Shown here: piece after piece, positions 53,401 to 63,300 of the stretch
Numbering within the stretch: position 1 is the first letter of the stretch
Layout of the letters: each line of letters opens with the position of its first letter
NCBI GenBank assembly: GCA_002269645.1
Contig: NIVC01003168.1
Coordinates: forward strand, 1 to 64,000
Reading direction: 5' to 3'
Source of the DNA: Macrostomum lignano
Taxonomy: Eukaryota
DNA length: 64,000 nucleotides
Program-made: the position numbers and the translations under genes
The notes under the pieces: model-generated
Databases searched by the model: none
What the model saw: only the letters and a program-made list of their open reading frames with translations
Told to the model about the DNA's origin: nothing

Positions 53401-56400
53401 AGCAAATGTACATTCTAAGAGCAAATGTACATTCTAAGAGCAAATGTACATTCTAAGAGCAAATGTACATTCTAAGAGCAAATGTACATTCTAAGAGCAA
53501 ATGTACATTCTAAGAGCAAATGTACATTCTAAGAGCAAATGTACATTCTAAGAGCAGATTTGCATTATACTCATAAGAGCAAATGTACATTCTAAGAGCA
53601 GATTTGCATTATACTCATAAGAGCAAATGTACATTCTAAGAGCAGATGTACATTCTAAGAGTAAACGTGCATTTCATAATGAGTACAATGGTAGCAAAGT
53701 GCAGAGCATAGAAGTTATCATAGCCCTCACCTGTGACACAAGAAAGTCACTGGCGCGTCCGGCTTCGATGCCGCAGTCACCTGCACGCTGTCCAGGAACC
53801 AGCCGTAGCCGGCGCCTTTGCCGTCGTGCCCGATGACCAGCTTCTTGATGCGGCCGAGGTACACGGCCTCCAGCTCGAACACGTCAGTCTGGGGAGTACC
53901 GGGAGTGTGGCTGGATTTTCAAATGCGCCACTCTACGGGCAGCATCTTAAAAAAGAAAGTTTCAAAAGAAAACAACTTGAAGAATGCTGCTCGCGAAATA
54001 TTCCTGTTGCTGACGGCAGCGTGAAAATTCAATCCGGTTTTAGCGGCCTAATCCCTATTAGCGCGGATTAGCAGGGAATTAGGGTCAGCCGCTGCGACAG
54101 CTGTGAAAAATTCGCGATATTTATCCTTAAAGCTGGCGCATTTGTGTCAGGAGTGAGAAAAAATATATTTTATAAATTTTATTCCTCCTGTTTTTGCTTG
54201 CTCAGCTCAAAAAATTTTCTGAGTAAAACAACGCCAGAAAAATCTCTTGATGTTTCGCCGTCGGCTGTCACTTCTGCTGCAGCCGATGCTGCCGCTCTTG
54301 CTGCAGCTGCTACTGCCTGACATTCAGCCCGCGACCGCCTGCTCCGCGACCTCAGTTCGCGAAATTCAAAGCAAAATTGTGAACGGCAAGCTGGCTGCAA
54401 TCCGCTGCTCCGACATCAAGGGAATTCTGCGCGGCGGCTCGCTGATGGACCCGGCAACCTACATCGAGTGCCTGCCGAACAGCACGGAGCACGCCTGCAC
54501 CGGCGGCGCCCGGTGTCTCGGCTACCGCTGCGGCTGCCCGGACGGCCTGGTGTACATCGGTGCCCTCGGCTGCACTGACGTGGACGAGTGCTCGCTGAAG
54601 CTGGGCGGCCCGGCCTGCACGGGACCGCAGGATCGGGTCAGCTGCGTGAACCTTCAGGGCGGATTCGCGTGCAACTGCACCCAGCCGGGCCAGCAGTACC
54701 ACCCGGAGTGGGGCTGCACCGACTCGCCCGAGTGCGTCTTCCCCTTCGTCTACAGGGGCAAGCGGTACACCCACTGCACCTCGGCTGACCGCGGCTACCT
54801 GTGGTGCGGCCTGAGCGATGATGTGGACCGCGACAACCGGTGGGTGGCGTGCCCGCTGAGCTACGGCACCGCGCACTGCGTGTTTCCCACGCGCTACCAG
54901 GGCGAGCTTCGGTCCGGCTGCTTCGTTGACAAGCCGACCGGCAAGCGGCTATGCTCGCTGACCAGCAACTTTGATGCCGATCGGGAGGCTGAGCTATGCA
55001 TGGAGGTTGCTTAGGCCTACCGGACGTGTCACCATCAGCAGCTGTCTGTCATCCTGCGTTTTTTTGGTTTCTGGGACAAATCTGTGACTTCTTAATTCCT
55101 TCATTTTCAGCGCAGTGTTTTCGTCGAACGCAGAATTGATAGACTATATGTTTTCATAAATCATTCACTGAGAATTCAAAATTGGCAAGTTGGATTTTAA
55201 GTTATAAATGTTTCACAACAAAGCACCATGATACTCAAGCGCCAACTAAACTCTTTCGTTGTACTGAACTGATCACGCATGAATATAATTAGTGCAACTC
55301 AGCTCAGCATTCATCAAAGTACGCACTGAATGTTTTTCTGCCATTTACGAGCGTATTTCAAGCTCGTGTCCTCACCTGGCCCATTTGAAATGGTTGCTGA
55401 GCTCCCGACACCGGCCTTGACAGCTTTCGCGGCCCGGTGTCTCCGTAGTCGCCGAACAGCACGACGCTGACTGCGGCTTCGGTGCTGGCGTTGAAGCAGC
55501 TACCGGTGCGAACCTCGACGGTGTACTTTTCCACTGCAAGGTTTGGGAGAGTTGGGTTCTTGTGGAACTGCATCTCTGTGGCTTGTACACTTGGTGTGGG
55601 TTCTTGTGGAACTGCATCTCTGTGGCTTGTACACTTGGTGTGGGTTCTTGTGGAACTGCATCTCTGTGGCTTGTACACTTGGTGTGGGTTCTTGTGGAAC
55701 TGCATCTCTGTGGCTTGTACACTTGGTGTGGGTTCTTGTGGAACTGCATCTCTGTGGCTTGTACACTTGGTGTGGGTTCTTGTGGTACTGCATCTCTGTG
55801 GCTTGTACAGTTGGTGTGGGTTCTTGTGGAACTGCATCTCTGTGGCTTGTAAAGTTGGTGTGGGTTCTTGTGGAACTGCATCTCTGTGGCTTGTACAGTT
55901 GGTGTGGGTTCTTGTGGAACTGCATCTCTGTGGCTTGTACTGTTGGTGTGGGTTCTTGTGGAACTGCATCTCTGTGGCTTGTACAGTTGGTGTGGGTTCT
56001 TGTGGAACTGCATCTCTGTGGCTTGTACAGTTGGTGTGGGTTCTTGTGGAACTGCATCTCTGTGGCTTGTACACTTGGTGTGGGTTCTTGTGGAACTGCA
56101 TCTCTGTGGCTTGTACAGTTGGTGTGGATTCTTGTGGAACTGCATCTCTGTAGCTTGTACAGTTGGTGTGGATTCTTGTGGATCTGCATCTCTGTAGCTT
56201 GTACAGTTGGTGTGGTTTCGTGTGGAACTGCATCTCTGTGGCTTGTACACTTGGTGTGCATTCTTGTGGAACTGCATCTCTGTAGCTTGTACAGTTAGTG
56301 TGGATTCTTGTGGAACTGCATCTCTGTGGCTTGTACAGTTGGTGTGGATTCTTGTGGAACTGCATCTCTGTGGCTTGTACAGTTGGTGTGGGTTCTTGTG

Positions 56401-59400
56401 GAACTGCATCTCTGTGGCTTGTACTGTTGGTGTGGGTTCTTGTGGAACTGCATCTCTGTGGCTTGTACAGTTGGTGTGGATTCTTGTGGATCTGCATCTC
56501 TGTAGCTTGTACAGTTGGTGTGGGTTCTTGTGGAACTGCATCTCTGTAGCTTGTACAGTTGGTGTGGGTTCTTGTGGAACTGCATCTCTGTGGCTTGTAC
56601 AGTTGGTGTGGGTTCTTGTGGAACTGCATCTCTGTGGCTTGTACTGTTGGTGTGGGTTCTTGTGGAACTGCATCTCTGTGGCTTGTACACTTGGTGTGGG
56701 TTCTTGTGGAACTGCATCTCTGTGGCTTGTACACTTGGTGTGGGTTCTTGTGGAACTGCATCTCTGTGGCTTGTACACTTGGTGTGGGTTCTTGTGGAAC
56801 TGCATCTCTGTGGCTTTTACAGTTGGTGTGGATTCTTGTGGAACTGCATCTCTGTGGCTTGTACACTTGGTGTGGATTCTTGTGGAACTGCATCTCTGTA
56901 GCTTGTACAGTTGGTGTGGATTCTTGTGGAACTGCATCTCTGTAGCTTGTACAGTTGGTGTGGATTCTTGTGGAACTGCATCTCTGTAGCTTGTACAGTT
57001 GGTGTGGATTCTTGTGGATCTGCATCTCTGTAGCTTGTACAGTTGGTGTGGTTTCTTGTGGAACTGCATCTCTGTGGCTTGTACACTTGGTGTGGATTCT
57101 TGTGGAACTGCATCTCTGTAGCTTGTACAGTTGGTGTGGATTCTTGTGGAACTGCATCTCTGTGGCTTGTACAGTTGGTGTGGGTTCTTGTGGAACTGCA
57201 TCTCTGTGGCTTGTACAGTTGGTGTGGGTTCTTGTGGAACTGCAATTCTGTGGCTTGTACAGTTGGTGTGGGTTCTTGTGGAACTGCATCTCTGTAGCTT
57301 GTACACTTGGTGTGGGTTCTTGTGGAACTGCATCTCTGTGGCTTGTACACTTGGTGTGGGTTCTTGTGGAACTGCATCTCTGTGGCTTGTACACTTGGTG
57401 TGGGTTCTTGTGGAACTGCATCTCTGTGGCTTGTACAGTTGGTGTGGGTTCTTGTGGATCTGCATCTCTGTAGCTTGTACAGTTGGTGTGGGTTCTTGTG
57501 GATCTGCATCTCTGTAGCTTGTACAGTTGGTGTGGGTTCTTGTGGAACTGCATCTCTGTAGCTTGTACAGTTGGTGTGGGTTCTTGTGGAACTGCATCTC
57601 TGTGGCTTGTACAGTTGGTGTGGGTTCTTGTGGAACTGCATCTCTGTGGCTTGTACAGTTGGTGTGGGTTCTTGTGGAACTGCATCTCTGTGGCTTGTAC
57701 AGTTGGTGTGGGTTCTTGTGGAACTGCATCTCTGTGGCTTGTACACTTGGTGTGGGTTCTTGTGGAACTGCATCTCTGTGGCTTGTACACTTGGTGTGGG
57801 TTCTTGTGGAACTGCATCTCTGTGGCTTTTACAGTTGGTGTGGATTCTTGTGGAACTGCATCTCTGTGGCTTGTACACTTGGTGTGGATTCTTGTGGAAC
57901 TGCATCTCTGTAGCTTGTACAGTTGGTGTGGATTCTTGTGGAACTGCATCTCTGTAGCTTGTACAGTTAGTGTGGATTCTTGTGGAACTGCATCTCTGTA
58001 GCTTGTACAGTTGGTGTGGATTCTTGTGGATCTGCATCTCTGTAGCTTGTACAGTTGGTGTGGTTTCTTGTGGAACTGCATCTCTGTGGCTTGTACACTT
58101 GGTGTGCATTCTTGTGGAACTGCATCTCTGTAGCTTGTACAGTTGGTGTGGATTCTTGTGAAACTGCATCTCTGTGGCTTGTACACTTGGTGTGGGTTCT
58201 TGTGGAACTGCATCTCTGTGGCTTGTACAGTTGGTGTGGGTTCTTGTGGAACTGCAATTCTGTGGCTTGTACAGTTGGTGTGGGTTCTTGTGGAACTGCA
58301 TCTCTGTAGCTTGTACAGTTAGTGTGGTTTCTTGTGGAACTGCATCTCTGTGGCTTGTACACTTGGTGTGCATTCTTGTGGAACTGCATCTCTGTAGCTT
58401 GTACAGTTGGTGTGGGTTCTTGTGGAACTGCATCTCTGTGGCTTGTACAGTTGGTGTGGGTTCTTGTGGAACTGCAATTCTGTGGCTTGTACAGTTGGTG
58501 TGGGTTCTTGTGGAACTGCATCTCTGTAGCTTGTACAGTTAGTGTGGGTTCTTGTGGAACTGCATCTCTGTATAAACTTGAATAGTTATGGATTATTAAG
58601 GAACCGGATGCATAAATGTAGAGTTTACAATGGACTTTGAGTTATTTTCATCGATTTTTGCGCAGAACCAGAGCTGCAAAATGCACTCTCATTGCTCAGC
58701 TGTCGCCAGCAAGCCATTTTTCCATCTCAAACAAAGCCGAGGCAAAAGTCTCCGAGCTCAAAGCAGTCAAAAGAGGGCAGCAAAAAAGAAAGCAAAACGG
58801 ATGAATTAAAAAGCGGCTCTCCAGGACGTGCCCGCCCAGCCCGTCATTCTAAAAGCCCCGGCAACCTGTGGGTCGCTACATTTTCTCCCTAATTACCCCG
58901 CTGCTTAGCCTCTCATTTGCCTGTGTTCTCAACTTCAGGCGGGGCAGCAGATTGCGGCGGAGGCAGAGCTTTGCCGGAGGAGGAGGAGGATCGCTCTTTG
59001 TCCAAAAATGGCGCAGGGAGGCTGGGGTGATGAGGCATCGCGGAAGAAATCTAATATCCCATAGAAAGACGCTAGTTGCTGGGGGACGGAGTAGCCGTTC
59101 ACGAGATAAGCATTGATGTCGGATTCCATTTCATTAATTCCCCCCCCCAGCCTCCATCGGATTCTCCACGGACCTGTCGCCCGAACCGATGGGGGGGGGT
59201 TCATTTTCCTTATTCGGACAGATTTTCACCTCTGTTGGGTTAATGAGGGCGGGTCAGAGGGGCATGGATGGGGAGCTGAGGAAGCAAATTCTGTCGAACG
59301 GGGGGAGGCAGTGCATTCTAATTAAACATACTGAACTGGCTCGAAGCTATGTAAGAACATAAAATTGAGCATGAGAGCCGTGGCGCCCATACAGATACCT

Positions 59401-62400
59401 ATAGATTTGCATAATGGTAAAGCAAAGTCCGGGGCAGCGCTTAAGCACACTATGCCCGAAGCCAATCAGCCCGGCATCCCGGCAGCTGAAGACTTTTCCA
59501 ACAATTCTATAATGCCGAGTCCCCGATCCGGCTAGCAGATTAGGGAGTTAATTAAATGCCTGGACTGAGCCGCGCCAGTTGCCAGGGGGGGGATTGACGC
59601 ATTCGGGGCCTATTAATTACCGCCTCGCGTGCCCCGTGCAGGTGGAGCGGACCCCTGCCGCACATGACAGGCTGCCTGTCACTTGAAGGGGAGGCAGGAG
59701 AGGCGGCGAGCAAGAGGGCGAGAGCAAACAATACAAATCACCGAGCGAGCTGCAGTCCTGACCTCAGCTCGGCAACCTCGCTCTCGGAATTCACTGAAGC
59801 CCTCTCGTCTCAACTCCCACACGGCCGTATCCAAGTGGTTGCCCAGGCAACCTCCGCCGACCAATTTCGGGATTCAGGAGACGGATAGCTAGTGTTTTCC
59901 CCAGCCAGGAAATGAAGAGCTCTCGATGTCAGTAAAAAACAGGATTTGCAAGTGGACTGGCTGTAACTATATATAGTCAGATAGATGGCTGGCTGGGCTA
60001 TTTACAAAAGTCTGATATATTGTGAGCAAAGAGCGGCTCATTGTGGATATTCATCCTGCAAAAAACTTGTCATAAAACATGTCCCAGATTTATATACTAT
60101 TTATAGTCACTCTGCACTGCAGCAGTGGTCAGCAGTCCCAGTCACTCATCTCTGCACTCTGCACTGCAGCAGTGGTCAGCAGTCCCAGTCACTCATCTCT
60201 GCACTCTGCACTGCAGCAGAGGTCAGCAGTCCCAGTAACTCATCTCTGCACTCTGCACTGCAGCAGTGGTCAGCAGTCCCAGTCACTCATCTCTGCACTC
60301 TGCACTGCAGCAGAGGTCAGCAGTCCCAGTCACTCATCTCTGCACTCTGCACTGCAGCAGTGGTCAGCAGTCCCAGTCACTCATCTCTGTACTCTGCACT
60401 GCAGCAGAGGTCAGCAGTCCCAGTCACTCATCTCTGTACTCTGCACTGCAGCAGAGGTCAGCAGTCCCAGTCACTCATCTCTGCACTCTGCACTGCAGCA
60501 GAGGTCAGCAGTCCCAGTCACTCACTAGGCAGAGGCCTGGCGCCCTCCCGCACTGCTGGCAGCTCCTTGCTGGGCTCGCAGTCGGGCCGACTGTCCGCAA
60601 GCCAGCAGTTGAAGTCGAAGGTGAGCTGCTCAGCCGTGTGCGCGTCCGTCATGACCAGCTGGCCGACGCACCAGTCCGGAGCGGGGCCTGAGCAGTCGTG
60701 GCTCAGTCGGACTTTCATCACCTCACCGATTGGGCCCGTGTTAATCTAAAAATGTAAAATTTGTTCCTATGTGAACTCAAAATCACGACTGAATAACATT
60801 TTTTCTGAACATTCTGCGAGGAAAATAATAATTGATTACACCTGCCCCAATGGCCAGATGTGCAACCGACAGCTCAGCCGCAGCTATTGCGCGGCGCATC
60901 TGAAGGCTGCGTACGGCTGTTCAGTCCAAGGACTGGGGGGGGGGGTCGCCACACGCACCCTCAATTACCCCAGCTAATGCTGGCACCCATTTTACAGCTG
61001 GGTGAACTGAAGCAATGCAGAGTTAAGTGTCTTGCTTAATGACACAAATTGTTCCGAGTGGGTCGAGAATCGAACCCCCGACCTTTCAGTCGATACTTCA
61101 AAATATTGACTTTAATTAATAAAACCCAACCGTAGTTAAAAAATGAAAAATGGAGAAGCAGATACGGGGCGACAACAGCTCGCACTAAAGCACACAATAG
61201 CCCAGCAAAGTCGCAGATTGACTTTTGCATGCGCAATGTTTGAGCAAGATTGTACCTGCTGTTGACTCTGTGCCGGAGTTCGATAACTACTGCTCTGTGG
61301 GCAAATATAAGCAAATATGCGTCTTGCCAGCTACCTCGAACTCGTCTTCTTGGCCGGCTTGGAAAGGGTCAACAATGCAGTCGGTTTGGATTGGCATGCT
61401 GAGCGCTATGGGCTCCGAGCTGCCCTGGCGGCCGTACACTGTGATGAAGACTCGGCTGCTGGTGCCGTGCTCCTCTGGCCCGGACTGGGTGCTCACCCGA
61501 ACTTGCCACTGACCCTCTGCGGAGTGACATTCCGAGTTTCACTGAGCAGATTTATTTGAGCAATAAAATAACTTGTAAAAGACTTAACTATCTGATCCCA
61601 GACTCTTCCATGAGCACTCCTCAGATCCCTGAGTGAGCTACCGCTTTCACTCCTCAGATCCCTGAGTGAGCTATCGCTTCCACTCTTCAGATCCCTGAGT
61701 GAGCTACCGCTTCCACTCCTCAGATCCCTGAGTGAGCTACCGCCGTCACTCCTCAGATCCCTGAGTGAGCTACCGCTTCCACTCCTCAGATCCCTGAGTG
61801 AGCTACTCCTTCAAAGAGATTCTCAAACTCCAAGTTATCTCCCGCACCGAATTCAAAAGTTTCATAACCCCGCAGTCATCTCACTCGACTTCGAGGCATT
61901 CGCCCGGCTGTCTCGATTGTTGTTGACCCGCCTGCTGCCCGCCGGTTGCAGCGACTTGGCGCCAGCGCCGCCTTTGCTACCGTCAGCAGCCGGCCCGCCG
62001 TTCCAGGCGTTCATCGGCTTGAACTTTTCGGTGCCGGCCACCACCAGGTGATCGGAGCCGTTGTAGATTGCGGATAGGGACTCGATCTGCACGGCCGATC
62101 AGAATAGGGCTAAGTAGACCAGCTACAGACTAGGGTACACAGCAACGATTCAACAATTTAACTCAGCTCACCGGCTCGCCGTCCACGGTGTAGAGGCGGC
62201 GCACCTGCATCTGGAACATGGCGGACAGGTCGTCCAGCACCTGCTCGTAGTCGCGCACGTTCCGCTTGTTGAGCAGCACGATGTGCTTCTTGAACGGTTC
62301 GCCGTTCTTTCTAGCGTAAATCCGTTTGCAGTCGGCCTGACGAAACGTCGGCGCGTAGGGCGCCGGCCCAGCCGCGTCCGGTTCTGAGCCCGGGTAGCTG

Positions 62401-62822
62401 CGGCTGTCCGGCTGGCTGCGCCTCGGCGCTGGCCGGATCGGGTCCGGCGCGGTACCGTTGCGCGCTTTTCCGCCGGCGCCACGCCAGGCAGGCGGCGGCG
62501 GCAGCGGCTGCTGTTGGCCTGGCAGCGCTCCCGCCCGGCGCTGGTTTGTGGAGCAAACGTAGTGGCCCTGGTTGGCGAAGTCTTCGACTGAGGCGACACG
62601 GTCGCGACCTTTCGGCGTGAAGACGGCGCGGACTCCGTAGCTGAGCTCCGGCATGCGGCCGGTGAGCTCGGTGAGCAGCGTGTCGAGGCCGCGGTAGCGG
62701 TTGGGGTGGATGGCCAGCCGCACGGGGTCCTTGTGCTGCACTCCGTCTCGATGGAAGAAGACAGTTTTAGCCGGACGTGGCCGGTTCTGCTCGTTGCTTG
62801 GGCCCAGCTGGGGCAGCGAATC

Positions 62823-62853
<31 letters not shown>

Positions 62854-63041
62854 TGCTCCTCCTGTGGTTGATCGCTGTGGCCGTTTTCCATTTTGCCTTC
62901 CTCCAAGTCGAAGATTTGCTCTTGCGTTTCGTCGGTACCTTCTGCGGCTGCTGGAGCTGCCGCCGGAACTGCCTCCTCGTCTGCGAGCGGCCTATCGGAG
63001 GGCGGCGCCGGCTCTGGATCCGGCGCGGCTGCTGAGGACAT
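41431..63041 (-). CDS. RP1-like protein: 2 doublecortin (DCX) domains, 2 PLAT, beta-trefoil-like region, 2 PLAT, acidic tail (about 1314 aa, 16 coding exons)
   Basis: Phase-consistent GT-AG exons: 62172-63041, 61885-62086, 61335-61516, 60526-60745, 55376-55533, 53731-53888, 52779-53029, 51494-51603, 49838-50305, 49567-49753, 48081-48790, 47183-47390, 45420-45497, 44476-44520, 41999-42067, 41431-41459. DCX motifs KTVFFHRDG...GVRAVFTPKG and KRIYARKNG...VRRLYTVDG. PLAT motifs YTVEVRTG...VSVVLFGDYGDTG and TDVFELEAVYLGRIKKLVIGHDG...GWFLDSV. The last four small exons are less certain. Confidence 0.85.
42385..42775. repeat. 36-bp tandem repeat (CACCCACCTCACTCCTGCCCGCACAATAATCTATAG), about 10 copies
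   Basis: Directly visible array. Confidence 0.92.
43300..43665. repeat. CACTCCACAC-based repeat evolving into a 48-bp unit
   Basis: Short units followed by about 5 copies of GTCACTCCACAAGCAGGTAAATCCACACCCACGTCACTCCACACCTGC. Confidence 0.9.
43698..44062 (+). mobile_element. Full-length tRNA-derived SINE with A-tail and 15-bp TSD
   Basis: A-box TAGCCCAGCGG, B-box GGCTCGATTCC, and an A-rich tail. TSD AGACCCATATTATTC at 43683-43697 and 44063-44077. Confidence 0.92.
45897..46761. repeat. 42-bp tandem repeat (AGGGCTAGAGGGTTGGCAGCCCCAAGCACAGCTCCCAAATAC), about 20 copies
   Basis: Directly visible intronic array; it produces the spurious 330-aa and 279-aa ORFs. Confidence 0.96.
47420..47620 (-). 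mobile_element. Divergent, partial copy of the same SINE family
   Basis: Reverse complement reads CCCCCAAGGCACAGAGAGTGTACATGCCTGACCATTAGAAAGTTAAGGCCCGCTGTACACCCTGTGTGAG...GGAGTTAGCGGAATGCGCAG. Confidence 0.75.
49330..49540. repeat. 26-bp tandem repeat (CAGTGAATCATCCGCTCCCTATTCAC), about 8 copies
   Basis: Directly visible array. Confidence 0.92.
50347..50503. repeat. 22-bp tandem repeat (CTACCCTGGCATCCCCAACTGT), about 7 copies
   Basis: Directly visible array. Confidence 0.92.
51620..52137. repeat. 21-bp tandem repeat (GCCAATTGATAATGTGTCTCA), about 25 copies
   Basis: Directly visible array; it produces the PIDNVSQ/HIINWQR ORFs. Confidence 0.96.
52141..52345 (-). mobile_element. 3'-truncated copy of the 43698 SINE
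   Basis: Reverse complement is closely similar to 43730-43935 (CCCAGGCTCGATTCCAAGTGCAG...TTAGGGCCGCTGTACACTCCTGTGTGAGTGTGTGCCTG). Confidence 0.88.
52361..52742. repeat. 25-bp tandem repeat (ACTGATTGTTCACAGCTAATCGGTC), about 15 copies
   Basis: Directly visible array. Confidence 0.95.
53095..53660. repeat. 19-bp tandem repeat (AAATGTACATTCTAAGAGC), about 25-28 copies with interspersed variant units
   Basis: Directly visible array. Confidence 0.93.
54250..55014 (+). CDS. Nested intronless gene: secreted protein with EGF-like, calcium-binding EGF and two fibronectin type II (FN2) domains (254 aa)
   Basis: Leu-rich signal peptide. TDVDEC...CVNLQGGFACNC (EGF_CA consensus). CVFPFVYRGKRYTHCT...LWC...DRDNRWVAC and CVFPTRYQG...GC...LCSLTSNFDAD (FN2 consensus). 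GC-rich codon usage. Confidence 0.88.
   Translation: MFRRRLSLLLQPMLPLLLQLLLPDIQPATACSATSVREIQSKIVNGKLAAIRCSDIKGILRGGSLMDPATYIECLPNSTEHACTGGARCLGYRCGCPDGLVYIGALGCTDVDECSLKLGGPACTGPQDRVSCVNLQGGFACNCTQPGQQYHPEWGCTDSPECVFPFVYRGKRYTHCTSADRGYLWCGLSDDVDRDNRWVACPLSYGTAHCVFPTRYQGELRSGCFVDKPTGKRLCSLTSNFDADREAELCMEVA
55553..58570. repeat. 44-bp tandem array, about 68 copies
   Basis: Unit GTTCTTGTGGAACTGCATCTCTGTGGCTTGTACACTTGGTGTGG. It accounts for all the overlapping ORFs in 55.4-58.6 kb. Confidence 0.98.
60108..60524. repeat. 47-bp tandem repeat (CACTCTGCACTGCAGCAGTGGTCAGCAGTCCCAGTCACTCATCTCTG), about 9 copies
   Basis: Directly visible array; abuts the splice donor at 60525. Confidence 0.94.
60830..61100 (-). 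mobile_element. CORE-like (MIR-type) tRNA-derived SINE remnant
   Basis: Reverse complement: GGTTCGATTC (B box)...TTGTGTCATTAAGCAAGACACTTAACTCTGCATTGCTTCAGTTCACCCAGCTGTAAAATGGG, resembling the CORE consensus TGTGACCTTGGGCAAGTCACTTAACC...CTCAGTTTCC..ATCTGTAAAATGGG. Confidence 0.7.
61615..61808. repeat. 33-bp tandem repeat (CTCCTCAGATCCCTGAGTGAGCTACCGCTTCCA), about 6 copies
   Basis: Directly visible array; each unit contains the mini-hairpin CTCAG-ATCC-CTGAG. Confidence 0.92.
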
Positions 63042-63300
63042 CGAGGCGGCTGCTCAACTGCCAGCGGCAATGGGGGAACCAACGCAGTAGGGTGAGGGTC
63101 AGTTGCAACTAGTTTGCTTGTCCACCAGAATGTTGGTAGCAAGAGGCTACTCCACGAGGCAAGCGGGCTGGAGGGAGAGAAACAATGGAAGAGCTGAGGC
63201 GAACGGGGAGAGTGCGGAGAGAGGAGAGTCGCGTCGAGCTGAGCGCGCAGTTGCTTAAATAAATGATTAGAGACACTTCACAAGGCTTGCTGCGCCATCG

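Noticed and set aside
55358-58585. 951-, 785- and 538-aa ORFs and many smaller overlapping ORFs
   Set aside because: They are all products of the 44-bp intronic array. Only 55376-55533 is a real exon, with its own acceptor and donor.
38135-61808. Regular short repeats as possible CRISPR arrays
   Set aside because: They are head-to-tail units without unique spacers, there are no cas genes, and the context is spliced eukaryotic DNA.
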